The notes beneath the pieces were generated by a model. That model was not told the DNA's origin. It ran no database searches and saw nothing but the letters and a program-made list of their open reading frames with translations. DNA of 64,000 bases from the NCBI GenBank assembly GCA_965657495.1, contig CBFHPD010000027.1:9888-73887 (forward strand). Reading direction: 5' to 3'. This document shows positions 39,619 through 49,602 of this stretch, piece after piece. The DNA is from an uncultured Flavobacteriales bacterium (GTDB taxonomy: Bacteria; Bacteroidota; Bacteroidia; Flavobacteriales_D; Sanyastnellaceae). A program made the translations under genes and the position numbers. The number at the start of each line of letters is the position of its first letter. Positions within the stretch are counted from its first letter, which is position 1.

Positions 39619-42339
39619 ATGGACACACTCGACTTCCTGAGCCAACTTGAGCCGACGGCGCTTGAGGCCCACTACCAGCGGTATTTGGCAGACCCCGAAT
39701 CGGTTGACGCCACCTGGCGGCATTTCTTCAAAGGATTTGACCTCGCCCTCGCCACGTATGGCGAAGAAGCCGCAAGCCCCGTTGCAAAAAAGGAGTTCCA
39801 AGTCCTTGACCTGATCCACGGCTACCGCACCCGCGGCCACCTGTTCACCCAAACGAACCCCGTTCGTGCGCGCCGCACCTACACGCCCGACCTCGCCCTG
39901 GCACAATTCGGGCTGAGCGACGCCGACCTCGATACGGTGTTTCAGGCGGGCTCGGAGGCGGGGATCGGTCCAGCGACCCTACGGGAAATCGTGGCGCACC
40001 TTGAGGAGACCTATTGCCACAGCATCGGCATCGAGTACATGTTCATCCGCGATTTGCCCCGCTTGAACTGGATTCGGGAGCACATCGAGTTGGGGAACCG
40101 CCCGCGGATTGAGGAGGCGGACCGGATGCAGATCTTGAAAAAGCTGCACCAGGCGACGCTGTTTGAGGAGTTTTTGCAGAAGAAATTCGTGGGCCAAAAG
40201 CGCTTCTCCCTCGAGGGAGGCGAATCCCTCATTGCCGCGCTCGACGCGGTCATCGAGGACGGTTCCACCCGCGGCGTGCGCGAGGTCGTCATCGGCATGG
40301 CCCACCGGGGCCGCCTGTCGACCCTCGCCCACATCCTCGGCAAGCCCTACGCCGAAATCTTCACCGAATTCGAAGGCAAGGCGTACGACGATGACGGCGA
40401 CTTCGACGGCGACGTGAAGTACCACCTCGGCTACTCGCGTTCCTTGACGGCCGACACCGGTGAGCCCCTGACCATCACGCTCGCCCCCAACCCGTCCCAC
40501 CTCGAAGCGGTGGGGCCGGTGGTGGAAGGCCTGAGCCGGGCCCGCATCGACGCCCTCGGTGGCGACGCCTGCGCGGTCTTGCCCATTTTGATCCACGGCG
40601 ATGCCGCCATTGCCGCCCAAGGCGTGGTCTACGAAGTGGCCCAAATGGCCCAGCTCGACGGCTACCGTGTCGGCGGCACCATCCACATCGTCGTGAACAA
40701 CCAAGTCGGCTTCACGACGAACTACCTCGACGCCCGGAGTTCCACCTACTGCACGGATGTCAGCAAGGTGACGGAATCGTTGGCCTTCCACGTGAACGCC
40801 GACGACCCCGAAGCGGTGGTCCAGGTCATGCGCATCGCCTGCGCCTACCGCCAAACTTGGGGCCGCGACGTCTTCATCGACCTCCTCGGCTACCGGAAAT
40901 ACGGCCACAACGAGGGCGACGAACCCATGTTCACCCAGCCGCAGTTGTACAAGTCCATCGCCAATCACCCCAACGTGCTCGAGCTCTACAAGCAGCAGCT
41001 CATCGCCGAAGGCACCCTGTCAGCGGATGATGCGGAGGGCATGCGCGAGGCGCAAGTGGCGCGCATGGAGGCCGGCTTTGAAGCCGCTGCCAGCATGGAA
41101 CGCGCCATCGTCGAGGATTTCCTCCACGATTTGTGGAAGGACTACCACAACGCCATCGGCGATGAGTGGCGCAACCCGGTGGAAACAGCCGTTAGCCGCG
41201 AACGCCTAGAAACGCTGGCCCGCGCGATGAGTACCCTCCCGGAGGACAAGAAGATTTACCGGAAGGTGGCCAAGTTGATGCGCGACCGCCTGAAGATGAT
41301 CGACGAAGATCGGCTGGACTGGGCGCTCGGTGAGCTGCTCGCCTACGCCACAATGCTCACGGAAGGCCACCCGGTGCGCATCAGCGGACAGGACGTGGAG
41401 CGCGGCACGTTCTCGCACCGCCACGCCGTGGTGAAAACGGAGGACAGCGAGGAGGAACTCATTCCGTTGAACCACTTGGAGGAAGGCCAGGCCCGCTTCC
41501 AAATCTTCAACTCCCTGTTGAGCGAGTACGCCGTAGCCGGGTTCGATTACGGGTATGCGTTCGCGCGTCCGGAGGGCTTGACGGTTTGGGAAGCGCAATT
41601 TGGGGACTTCAACAACGGAGCCCAAATCCTGTTCGACCAGTTCCTTTCGTCCGCCGAAGACAAGTGGCGGACCATGAACGGCCTGACCCTCATGCTTCCC
41701 CACGGCTACGAAGGCATGGGCTCGGAGCACAGCTCGGGCCGCATGGAGCGCTTCTTGCAACTCGGTAGTGGCGAGAACCTGTTCGTTTGCAACATCACGG
41801 AGCCGGCGAACTACTTCCACCTCTTGCGCCGTCAGGTCAAGCTGCCGTTCCGCAAGCCGCTCGTCATCTTCACGCCGAAGAAATTGCTGCGCTACCCGAA
41901 GGCGGTGTCTTCTTTCGACGCCATGGCCACCGGCCATTTCGCTCCTGTCATGGACGACCCGCGAACGGCTGCTGATCCGGGCACTGTGGACACCGTGGTG
42001 TTCTGCTCCGGAAAAATCTACTACGAATTGCTCGAGCGGTTGGAAACGACGCCTGCACCTAACATTGCCTTCGTGCGAGTGGAACAACTGCACCCGTACC
42101 CGGCGGTTGAGATCGAAGCCGTGCTCGCCGGTTATTCCCCGAAGGCCCAGTGCCTTTGGGTACAAGAAGAGCCGCGCAACATGGGGGCGTGGTCCTTCAT
42201 CTTGCAGCATTTCACGCACCGCGAAATTGCGTGCATTTCGCGTTCGGCCAGTGCGAGCCCGGCTTCGGGTTCACCGGTCGTCCACACCCAACGCCAACAA
42301 GCCATCATCAACGAAGTCTTTGACTACGCCCACAACTGA
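39619..42339 (+). CDS. sucA: 2-oxoglutarate dehydrogenase E1 component
   Basis: ATG at 39619. MDTLDFLSQLEPTALEAHYQRYL, GMAHRGRLSTLAHILGKP, GDAAIAAQGVVYE, YRKYGHNEGDEP, and QFGDFNNGAQ. Confidence 0.92.
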   Translation: MDTLDFLSQLEPTALEAHYQRYLADPESVDATWRHFFKGFDLALATYGEEAASPVAKKEFQVLDLIHGYRTRGHLFTQTNPVRARRTYTPDLALAQFGLSDADLDTVFQAGSEAGIGPATLREIVAHLEETYCHSIGIEYMFIRDLPRLNWIREHIELGNRPRIEEADRMQILKKLHQATLFEEFLQKKFVGQKRFSLEGGESLIAALDAVIEDGSTRGVREVVIGMAHRGRLSTLAHILGKPYAEIFTEFEGKAYDDDGDFDGDVKYHLGYSRSLTADTGEPLTITLAPNPSHLEAVGPVVEGLSRARIDALGGDACAVLPILIHGDAAIAAQGVVYEVAQMAQLDGYRVGGTIHIVVNNQVGFTTNYLDARSSTYCTDVSKVTESLAFHVNADDPEAVVQVMRIACAYRQTWGRDVFIDLLGYRKYGHNEGDEPMFTQPQLYKSIANHPNVLELYKQQLIAEGTLSADDAEGMREAQVARMEAGFEAAASMERAIVEDFLHDLWKDYHNAIGDEWRNPVETAVSRERLETLARAMSTLPEDKKIYRKVAKLMRDRLKMIDEDRLDWALGELLAYATMLTEGHPVRISGQDVERGTFSHRHAVVKTEDSEEELIPLNHLEEGQARFQIFNSLLSEYAVAGFDYGYAFARPEGLTVWEAQFGDFNNGAQILFDQFLSSAEDKWRTMNGLTLMLPHGYEGMGSEHSSGRMERFLQLGSGENLFVCNITEPANYFHLLRRQVKLPFRKPLVIFTPKKLLRYPKAVSSFDAMATGHFAPVMDDPRTAADPGTVDTVVFCSGKIYYELLERLETTPAPNIAFVRVEQLHPYPAVEIEAVLAGYSPKAQCLWVQEEPRNMGAWSFILQHFTHREIACISRSASASPASGSPVVHTQRQQAIINEVFDYAHN

Positions 42340-42349
42340 TTCCTGAGCC

Positions 42350-43609
<1,260 letters not shown>

Positions 43610-43618
43610 CGCTGGCGC

Positions 43619-45778
43619 CTAGCGCTTGACCCACTTGGCGTTGAGCCGTTCGCCGGTGGCGAGCACCCACTGCAGGGTGTACGTGCCCGGCACGAGTCCG
43701 TCGAGTTGCAAAGTGGTGGCGCCCGTGCCGCGGTGTTGAGCGACCAATTGCCCGCGGAGGTCCACCACTGCGAGGGTCCAAGCCGCCGCGGAGTGCAGGC
43801 CACTCAGCCGCAGGGTACCGCCGGAGGGGTTGGGGCCGATTTCGAGGGAGGTGGCAGCGGAGGTTTCCGCGAGGCCGTTGGTGGCGCAGACGGTCACGTT
43901 GTAGGTGCTCGATGGCGCCTCGTTGGGGGTGTTTTCGTCGACCAGGATTTCACCGGTCGGGCCGGTGACGAGGTAGCCGCATTCTTCAGGGAAAACGCCG
44001 TTGTTGAAGACGAAGCTCAAGGCTTGGCCTTCCTCCACGGCAATGCGGGCGCGCGCCTCCGAGAATTCGAAAAATGCTTCGCCGGAGACCAAGCCGGGAA
44101 TCGTCGTCACCAGCTCTTCTTCCACATAAATGCCGAGCGAACCGTAATCCCAGCCGTCGCCATAGGTGTCGAACACGGTCACGTCCACGTACCCGCATGT
44201 GGGCTCGGGCCTGCACGGCTCGAGGCCGAAAATGGCGGGGGAGGCGTTGCTGCTGAAGTTACCAGCCCATTGCCAAACCAACGTCCCCTCCGCATCGATG
44301 ACCTCGAATGCCTCGCCTTGCACGCCATTTCCCGAGCGGATCAAGTTCACGAGGCTCCCTTCGTCCACCGCAAACGCGTAGGCATCGGTGTAGCCGCCGT
44401 TCAGGGTGGCCGTGGCAACGACCTCGCCGTCGACTTGCACGTACATCGGGGTTTCCCAGCCGTCTCCAGCGTTGTCGAACAGGTTGAGGGTCCACGTCCC
44501 GCAGGTTCCCACCGGGTTCGGGAAGGTGAAGGGCATGACGGCGTCCAGCACATGCACGACCCCGTTGTAGGCGAGCTGGTCGGGGAGTCCGACGGGAGCG
44601 CCATTCACCGCAATGTCACTGCCCGCGACTTCGATGGTTAGTGCCTCCCCGCCGTAGGAGAGGAGGACTTGGTTGTTGTAGAGCTCGGCAGCGAGCCATT
44701 CCGTTTCCACAATGTGCTGCTGTAGAATTTCTTCCATGTATTGCGAGGCGAGCAGTGCCTCGACGGAAGTGAAGCCGTTGGCCGCAGCGAAGTCGATCAA
44801 GGCCTGGTCGCTCGGAGCGAACACGGTAAAGGGGCCGGGAGCGGGCTCGTTGTCGTTGAGGACAGGTTGACCGCGAAGGTCGTCGTCGAGGAAGGCATCG
44901 AAAACGGCGGACTCGAACAGCGACAGGTCATCGCGGGTTTGGATCACGTCGAGGACTGTGGCGCTGGGGTAGCCTTCCGGCGCGAGGGTTTGGTTGATGA
45001 GGTGGACCACGCCGTTGTCGGCGGCGATGTCGGCGAGCAGGACCTGGGCCCCGTTGATTTCAATCCCTGCATCGGAGGTGGTGACGGAGAGGGTCTGGCC
45101 TTGCACCGTGGGCAGCTCCATGCCCGCGACCAGGTCGCTCGCTGTATACAGGCCGGGCACGATGTGGTAGGCGAGGGCATCGGGAAGGTCGTAGAAGGCC
45201 AGCAAGTCGAATTGGTTGAGGTTCATCAATTCGCCCACGGCCTCCACGGCCGCGTCGGTGGGGGCAAACACCGTGAAGGTGTCCACGCCAGCCAGCAGAC
45301 TTCCCCAATAGCTGTTCAAGGCCCAGCTGGTTTGCCAAGCCGTGTAGCCCTGCGCTTCGAAGTCGAGCTGGGTTTCGTTGAGGAGGTCGGTGAGGGTGTA
45401 GGCGTCGACGGTGATCTGGCCCACCATACCCAACTGCGCTTGCAAGCCGATGCTCGAGTCAAACTGATACACCCCGGGAACGTCAAAGGTCACGACCCCC
45501 ATGCACGTGCCTTCCACCGTTCCCTCCGTGGTGGCCAAATAAAAATCGACCGGGTTCCCGAAAGGCTCCCCGGTCAACGTGTTGGCGATGCCATTCACAT
45601 CGTGCGTCCCTTGCGCATTGACGAAGGCCACGCTCTCGCCCGGCGCGATGACCAGCTCGGAGGGGGCGAAATAAAAGTCGGCCACAGCGATGACGTGGTC
45701 CGCTTCACATTGTGACCAAGCTGAAGCCTGGATCAGCAGGGCCATGATGGCCGCAGCAACAAAGTGGATTCGGTGCAT
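43619..45778 (-). CDS. Secreted multidomain protein: cupredoxin-like N-domain, two FAS1 (fasciclin) domains, two GDGW-containing repeats, T9SS C-terminal sorting domain
   Basis: ATG at 45778. Signal peptide. FAS1 marks TVFAPTDAAV...NGVVHLINQTL and FTVFAPSDQAL...NGVVHVLDAV. Repeats FDNAGDGWETPMYV / FDTYGDGWDYGSLGIYV. The CTD is GPNPSGGTLRL...VVDLRGQLV...LVPGTYTL. Confidence 0.75.
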   Translation of the reverse strand: MHRIHFVAAAIMALLIQASAWSQCEADHVIAVADFYFAPSELVIAPGESVAFVNAQGTHDVNGIANTLTGEPFGNPVDFYLATTEGTVEGTCMGVVTFDVPGVYQFDSSIGLQAQLGMVGQITVDAYTLTDLLNETQLDFEAQGYTAWQTSWALNSYWGSLLAGVDTFTVFAPTDAAVEAVGELMNLNQFDLLAFYDLPDALAYHIVPGLYTASDLVAGMELPTVQGQTLSVTTSDAGIEINGAQVLLADIAADNGVVHLINQTLAPEGYPSATVLDVIQTRDDLSLFESAVFDAFLDDDLRGQPVLNDNEPAPGPFTVFAPSDQALIDFAAANGFTSVEALLASQYMEEILQQHIVETEWLAAELYNNQVLLSYGGEALTIEVAGSDIAVNGAPVGLPDQLAYNGVVHVLDAVMPFTFPNPVGTCGTWTLNLFDNAGDGWETPMYVQVDGEVVATATLNGGYTDAYAFAVDEGSLVNLIRSGNGVQGEAFEVIDAEGTLVWQWAGNFSSNASPAIFGLEPCRPEPTCGYVDVTVFDTYGDGWDYGSLGIYVEEELVTTIPGLVSGEAFFEFSEARARIAVEEGQALSFVFNNGVFPEECGYLVTGPTGEILVDENTPNEAPSSTYNVTVCATNGLAETSAATSLEIGPNPSGGTLRLSGLHSAAAWTLAVVDLRGQLVAQHRGTGATTLQLDGLVPGTYTLQWVLATGERLNAKWVKR

Positions 45779-45943
45779 CGTGTGATAACAAGCGGCAAAA
45801 GAATTTGGTTCATGCTGCATCCACGGTGCCGAACCAACCCGTTTGTTCATTCATCTTTTTCCTCACCCATTCACGATTTGACGTGGTTTTGGCGAGGGCG
45901 ATCACCAAACACCATAATAGGGTATTCGGAGCGTCCGGAGGGG

Positions 45944-46060
45944 TTAAAATCCGGCGTAGAGTGTGGCGATTTCCCCGCCTTCTGCGACGAGGAGCAAGGC
46001 CAGCGCACCGGCCGCGATGAGGAGGCGCCAGGCCCAGCGGGGGAGTTTAGAACGCATCAT
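45944..46060 (-). CDS. Unlisted 38-aa single-pass microprotein ending in LYAGF (candidate DltX-like acyl-shuttle peptide)
   Basis: Hand translation gives MMRSKLPRWAWRLLIAAGALALLLVAEGGEIATLYAGF*. Basic N-terminus, one TM helix, short acidic tail, Tyr 4th from the C-terminus and a terminal Phe. It overlaps the 3' end of the upstream gene by 14 nt in the same operon orientation. Confidence 0.4.
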   Translation of the reverse strand: MMRSKLPRWAWRLLIAAGALALLLVAEGGEIATLYAGF

Positions 46061-47120
46061 GGGCGAGGATTTTTTCGGCGATTTGGGCGGCCCCGAAGCT
46101 GCTGTGGTGCTGGTGGTCGCGGAATGCACCGGGCGTGTCGTTGAGATCGCGGGCGTCGATCCAGGGGAAGGGGGAGGCGCTGAGGATTTGGGCCAAATCC
46201 GCTTGCAGCCGCACATAACCCGCCTCCGCCTCCGGCGCATGGCTCCGCACGAACGGCGCGTTGAACGGCCCGAGGATGAAGGTCGCCTCGATGCCCCACG
46301 CGGCACAGGCCGCGATGAAGCCCTCGAGCTCGGCGGTCCGGGCCTCCAGCACCGCGGGATCCGAAGCCACGGGCTTGAACCATGCGTCGTGGTGAAAGTC
46401 CGCCAGCACCCCCCGCTCGAAATCGGTGTTCGGGTCCGGAGCGGTCGGCGGTTCGCCTTCCCACGGGCGGACCGGCGTGCCCAGGGGCTTGGATGCCACC
46501 CAGCCGCGCAGGTCTTTGAACCAGGCCTTGCGGGCACAGCGCAACAGGCCGGCGGGGTTGAGGCGCTGGGGCAGGGACAGGGCGGCGCGGCCCTCGGCGA
46601 TGGGGCGGGCGACGACAGCAGGCAGGCCGTCCGTGCCGTGGAGCAGCAGCGGATCCACATACCGCGACCAGTACGTCGGGTTGATGGGGCCGTGCTCCGC
46701 GTTCCAGTAGACCGGATTGATGTAGTAAATCAGTTGCAGACCGTTCAGCTGCTGGGCGTGTTGGGCCAAAACCGGCAGGTGCACGCCCGCCGTCCTTCCC
46801 GCTCCCGCAAGCACGGCAAACCGCGGCTCCACCCCGTTCAGGAAGTCCGGCCAGTTGCCGCCCGGCAGGCCCGTGGTCTCGGAGGTCCCGAGGCACAGCA
46901 CGCCATCGTGCAACCGCAGCGATTCGAGGAAGTGCGCCACCTCCGCATGGTCGTCATGCCGCCACGCCAAGCCGCTCACCGCGCGGTCCGGGGCCCCAGC
47001 CGGCGCCGTCGGACGGTACGCTGGGATGAGCCCGGGCCCGAGGATCAGGGCGGCCGCGAGGACCGCCAGGAGGAAGCGCCCGTGGGCGGCTTGGGATGCA
47101 GTTTGGCCTGCACGCTTCAT
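46047..47120 (-). CDS. Membrane-anchored DltD-like / SGNH-like acyl-transfer partner of the MBOAT protein
   Basis: The ATG at 47120 overlaps the MBOAT stop as ATGA. N-terminal anchor FLLAVLAAALILGPGLI, candidate nucleophile block LCLGTSETTG, and a candidate Asp/His block FRDHQHH near the C-terminus. The family call rests on context and motif layout. Confidence 0.5.
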   Translation of the reverse strand: MKRAGQTASQAAHGRFLLAVLAAALILGPGLIPAYRPTAPAGAPDRAVSGLAWRHDDHAEVAHFLESLRLHDGVLCLGTSETTGLPGGNWPDFLNGVEPRFAVLAGAGRTAGVHLPVLAQHAQQLNGLQLIYYINPVYWNAEHGPINPTYWSRYVDPLLLHGTDGLPAVVARPIAEGRAALSLPQRLNPAGLLRCARKAWFKDLRGWVASKPLGTPVRPWEGEPPTAPDPNTDFERGVLADFHHDAWFKPVASDPAVLEARTAELEGFIAACAAWGIEATFILGPFNAPFVRSHAPEAEAGYVRLQADLAQILSASPFPWIDARDLNDTPGAFRDHQHHSSFGAAQIAEKILAHDAF

Positions 47121-48301
47121 CGCATCACCGCTTGCCACCACTCGGCCCACGCGCCCAGCGGATAATGGAACATTCCCCAGCCCAGCGTGACGAACAGCCA
47201 CGTGCCCGCCACGCTCGCCGCCTCATACCCCGGCCCCTGCCACCTCGCCGGCCGCCAGCGCTCCCGCCACAGCTTGTTCACCACAAGCCCCACGCCGTGC
47301 CACGCCCCCCACAGCACGAAATGCAGCCGGTCCCCATGCCACAGCCCGCACACCAGGAACGTCACCACGTACGCCCCCGACGTGACCAGCAAGCGCCTCC
47401 CCCGAAGCGCCTCCCACCGGTTCATCCACCCGATGAGCGGCAAGAACACATACGCCCGCAAGAACCGCGAAAACGTCATGTGCCACCGGCGCCAAAACTC
47501 CCCCAAACTCCGCGATCCATACGGCCGATCGAAGTTCTCCGGCACCCGGAAACCCATCCACCGCCCCACGCCTATCGCGATGTCCGTGTACCCCGAAAAG
47601 TCCAACAAAATGAACGCGGAATAGGCGGTGAGGGACACCCCCATCGACGCCACGGGCCCCCACCCCACGGCTCCCCAATCCACCGCCCAAGGCCGCACCA
47701 CCGGCACCAAGACCAGCGTCTTGAACGCGCCCAACCCCACGCGCCACACCCCCGCCATCGCCCCGGCCACCTCCACCCGGCGCGGCCGGTGCGCTCCCCC
47801 GTAAGCGAAGTTCCGATACGTGTCGATCGGCCCCGCCAAAATCGTTGGAAAGAAGAACGTGTAGTTCAAAAAGCCCAGCACATCCGACCGCTCGATGCGC
47901 CCCCGGCGGTTCTCCACCAACCAATGCACCCACCGAAACAAGATGTAGGACAGCCCCAACTTCTCGACGCTCAAGACCGGCCCCTGCACCACCGGCTCGA
48001 GCGCCCCGTAAATCAGCGGGTAGTTCCGCACGCTGAACAACGCCACCAGCCCGCCCACCAAGGCCCCCAAGAGCCCAGCCCGCTTCCGCACGAGCACCCC
48101 GCCTCCGTAGACCAACAGCCCCAGCAGCCCCAGCACAATCAAGGTGTGCTCCCGCACAAGCGTCAGCAACACCAGCACGTTGACCACGAGCAAGGCCATT
48201 CCACGCACGTGCACGGCCCGCGGCGCCGCCACCCGCAATCCGTTGTAGGCGAGCACGCCAAGGAGGATGCCGAGGAACAGCTCGTAGGATTGGAACAGCA
48301 T
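47117..48301 (-). CDS. MBOAT-family membrane-bound O-acyltransferase (AlgI/DltB/PatA-like)
   Basis: FFPTILAGPIDTY, the invariant His context SLGEFWRRWHMTFSRFLRAYVF, and CGLWHG. Polytopic membrane protein. The C-terminus ...EWWQAVMR carries no Tyr motif. Confidence 0.8.
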   Translation of the reverse strand: MLFQSYELFLGILLGVLAYNGLRVAAPRAVHVRGMALLVVNVLVLLTLVREHTLIVLGLLGLLVYGGGVLVRKRAGLLGALVGGLVALFSVRNYPLIYGALEPVVQGPVLSVEKLGLSYILFRWVHWLVENRRGRIERSDVLGFLNYTFFFPTILAGPIDTYRNFAYGGAHRPRRVEVAGAMAGVWRVGLGAFKTLVLVPVVRPWAVDWGAVGWGPVASMGVSLTAYSAFILLDFSGYTDIAIGVGRWMGFRVPENFDRPYGSRSLGEFWRRWHMTFSRFLRAYVFLPLIGWMNRWEALRGRRLLVTSGAYVVTFLVCGLWHGDRLHFVLWGAWHGVGLVVNKLWRERWRPARWQGPGYEAASVAGTWLFVTLGWGMFHYPLGAWAEWWQAVMR

Positions 48302-48333
48302 AGCGGCGAAGGTACGAAGCCCGCCCAGCGGGT

Positions 48334-48376
48334 AAAAAAGAAGCGCCCGACTCCCTTTTCAGGTCATCGAGCGCTT
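48334..48376 (-). terminator. Weak terminator-like element downstream of moeZ
   Basis: On the minus strand, AAGCGC...GCGCUU arms (48376-48371 and 48346-48341) are followed by CUUUUUU. The loop is long, so this is tentative. Confidence 0.25.
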
Positions 48377-48447
48377 ACAAACCAACCAATCCACGAGCAG
48401 GTTTACGTGACGTGTTCGAAGAAAGTTACACGCGGCCGAAATTTTTT

Positions 48448-49602
48448 TCAATACCGTGCGAGTTCGGGCGCCACGGCGGCTTGCCAGCCCAAGATGCCGC
48501 CCTCGAGGTTGTGCAGGTTGGTGAACCCGTGTTCGGCCTCGAGCAGGCGAATGGCCCGTGCGCTGCGGATGCCCGAGCGGCAGTGGACCACCACCGGCTC
48601 GTCGCGTGGGATGCGGTCCACGCTTTCCGGCAACGTGTCGAGTGGGATGAGCACCCCATCGAGGTGGGCGATGCCGTATTCGTAGGGCTCCCGGACATCG
48701 ATCACCGTGTGGGGCCGCCCCTCGGCCTGCCAGCGGGCGAGCGCTTCGGGGGAGATGCTGCGGACTGCGGGCTCCGGTGCGGTTTCGGCATTCAAACCGC
48801 AGAACTCCTCATAGTGGATGAGGTCGGATTGGGTCGGGTGGTCGCCGGTCAGCGGGTTGCCCGGGTGCTTGCGGAGCTTGACGGTCCGGGTGGTGAAGGT
48901 GGTGGCGTCAAACAGGTACAACCGCCCGACAAGGGGGTCGCCCACACCGCTGAGCACCTTGATGACTTCGAGTGCCTGAAGCGATCCGAGGATGCCGGGC
49001 AGCACGCCGATGACGCCGCCTTCGGCGCACGAGGGCACCAGGCCGGGAGGGGGGGGCGAGGGGAAGAGGTCCCGGTAGTTGGGCCCGCGTTCACCGCCTT
49101 TGAGTGGTGCGTTGAACACCGAACATTGCCCTTCGAACCGGTAGATGGACGCATAGACGTTCACTTTGCCCTCGAGCACACAGGCGTCGTTCACGAGGTA
49201 CCGCGTGGGGAAGTTATCGGTCCCATCGGCCACCACGTCGTAGTCGCGGACCAAATCCCGGGCGTTCTCCCGCGTAAAGGCCACGTTGTGCACTTCGACC
49301 CGGATGTGCGGATTCAGAGCCCGCAACCGCTTGGCCGCCGCCACAGCCTTCGGGGTGCCCACATCGGCCGTGGTGAACAGCACCTGCCGCTGCAAGTTGG
49401 TGTCGTCCACCACGTCGAAATCCACGATGCCGATGCGGCCCACGCCCGCCGCCGCCAAATACAGCAGCAGCGGACTCCCGAGCCCCCCTGATCCGATGAC
49501 CAGCACCGACCCTTCCTTCAGCCGCCGCTGCCCCTCGAGGTTGAACTCGGGGATGATCAAGTGGCGGCTGTACCGCTCGAGTTCTGCCTTGGAAAACGTC
49601 AT
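48448..49602 (-). CDS. moeZ: E1-like adenylyltransferase/sulfurtransferase (MoeB/ThiF domain fused to rhodanese; MoeZ type)
   Basis: YSRHLIIPEF, GSGGLGSPLLLYLAAAGVG and DxD..NLQRQ. C-terminal rhodanese with the active-site loop VVHCRSGIRS. Confidence 0.85.
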   Translation of the reverse strand: MTFSKAELERYSRHLIIPEFNLEGQRRLKEGSVLVIGSGGLGSPLLLYLAAAGVGRIGIVDFDVVDDTNLQRQVLFTTADVGTPKAVAAAKRLRALNPHIRVEVHNVAFTRENARDLVRDYDVVADGTDNFPTRYLVNDACVLEGKVNVYASIYRFEGQCSVFNAPLKGGERGPNYRDLFPSPPPPGLVPSCAEGGVIGVLPGILGSLQALEVIKVLSGVGDPLVGRLYLFDATTFTTRTVKLRKHPGNPLTGDHPTQSDLIHYEEFCGLNAETAPEPAVRSISPEALARWQAEGRPHTVIDVREPYEYGIAHLDGVLIPLDTLPESVDRIPRDEPVVVHCRSGIRSARAIRLLEAEHGFTNLHNLEGGILGWQAAVAPELARY

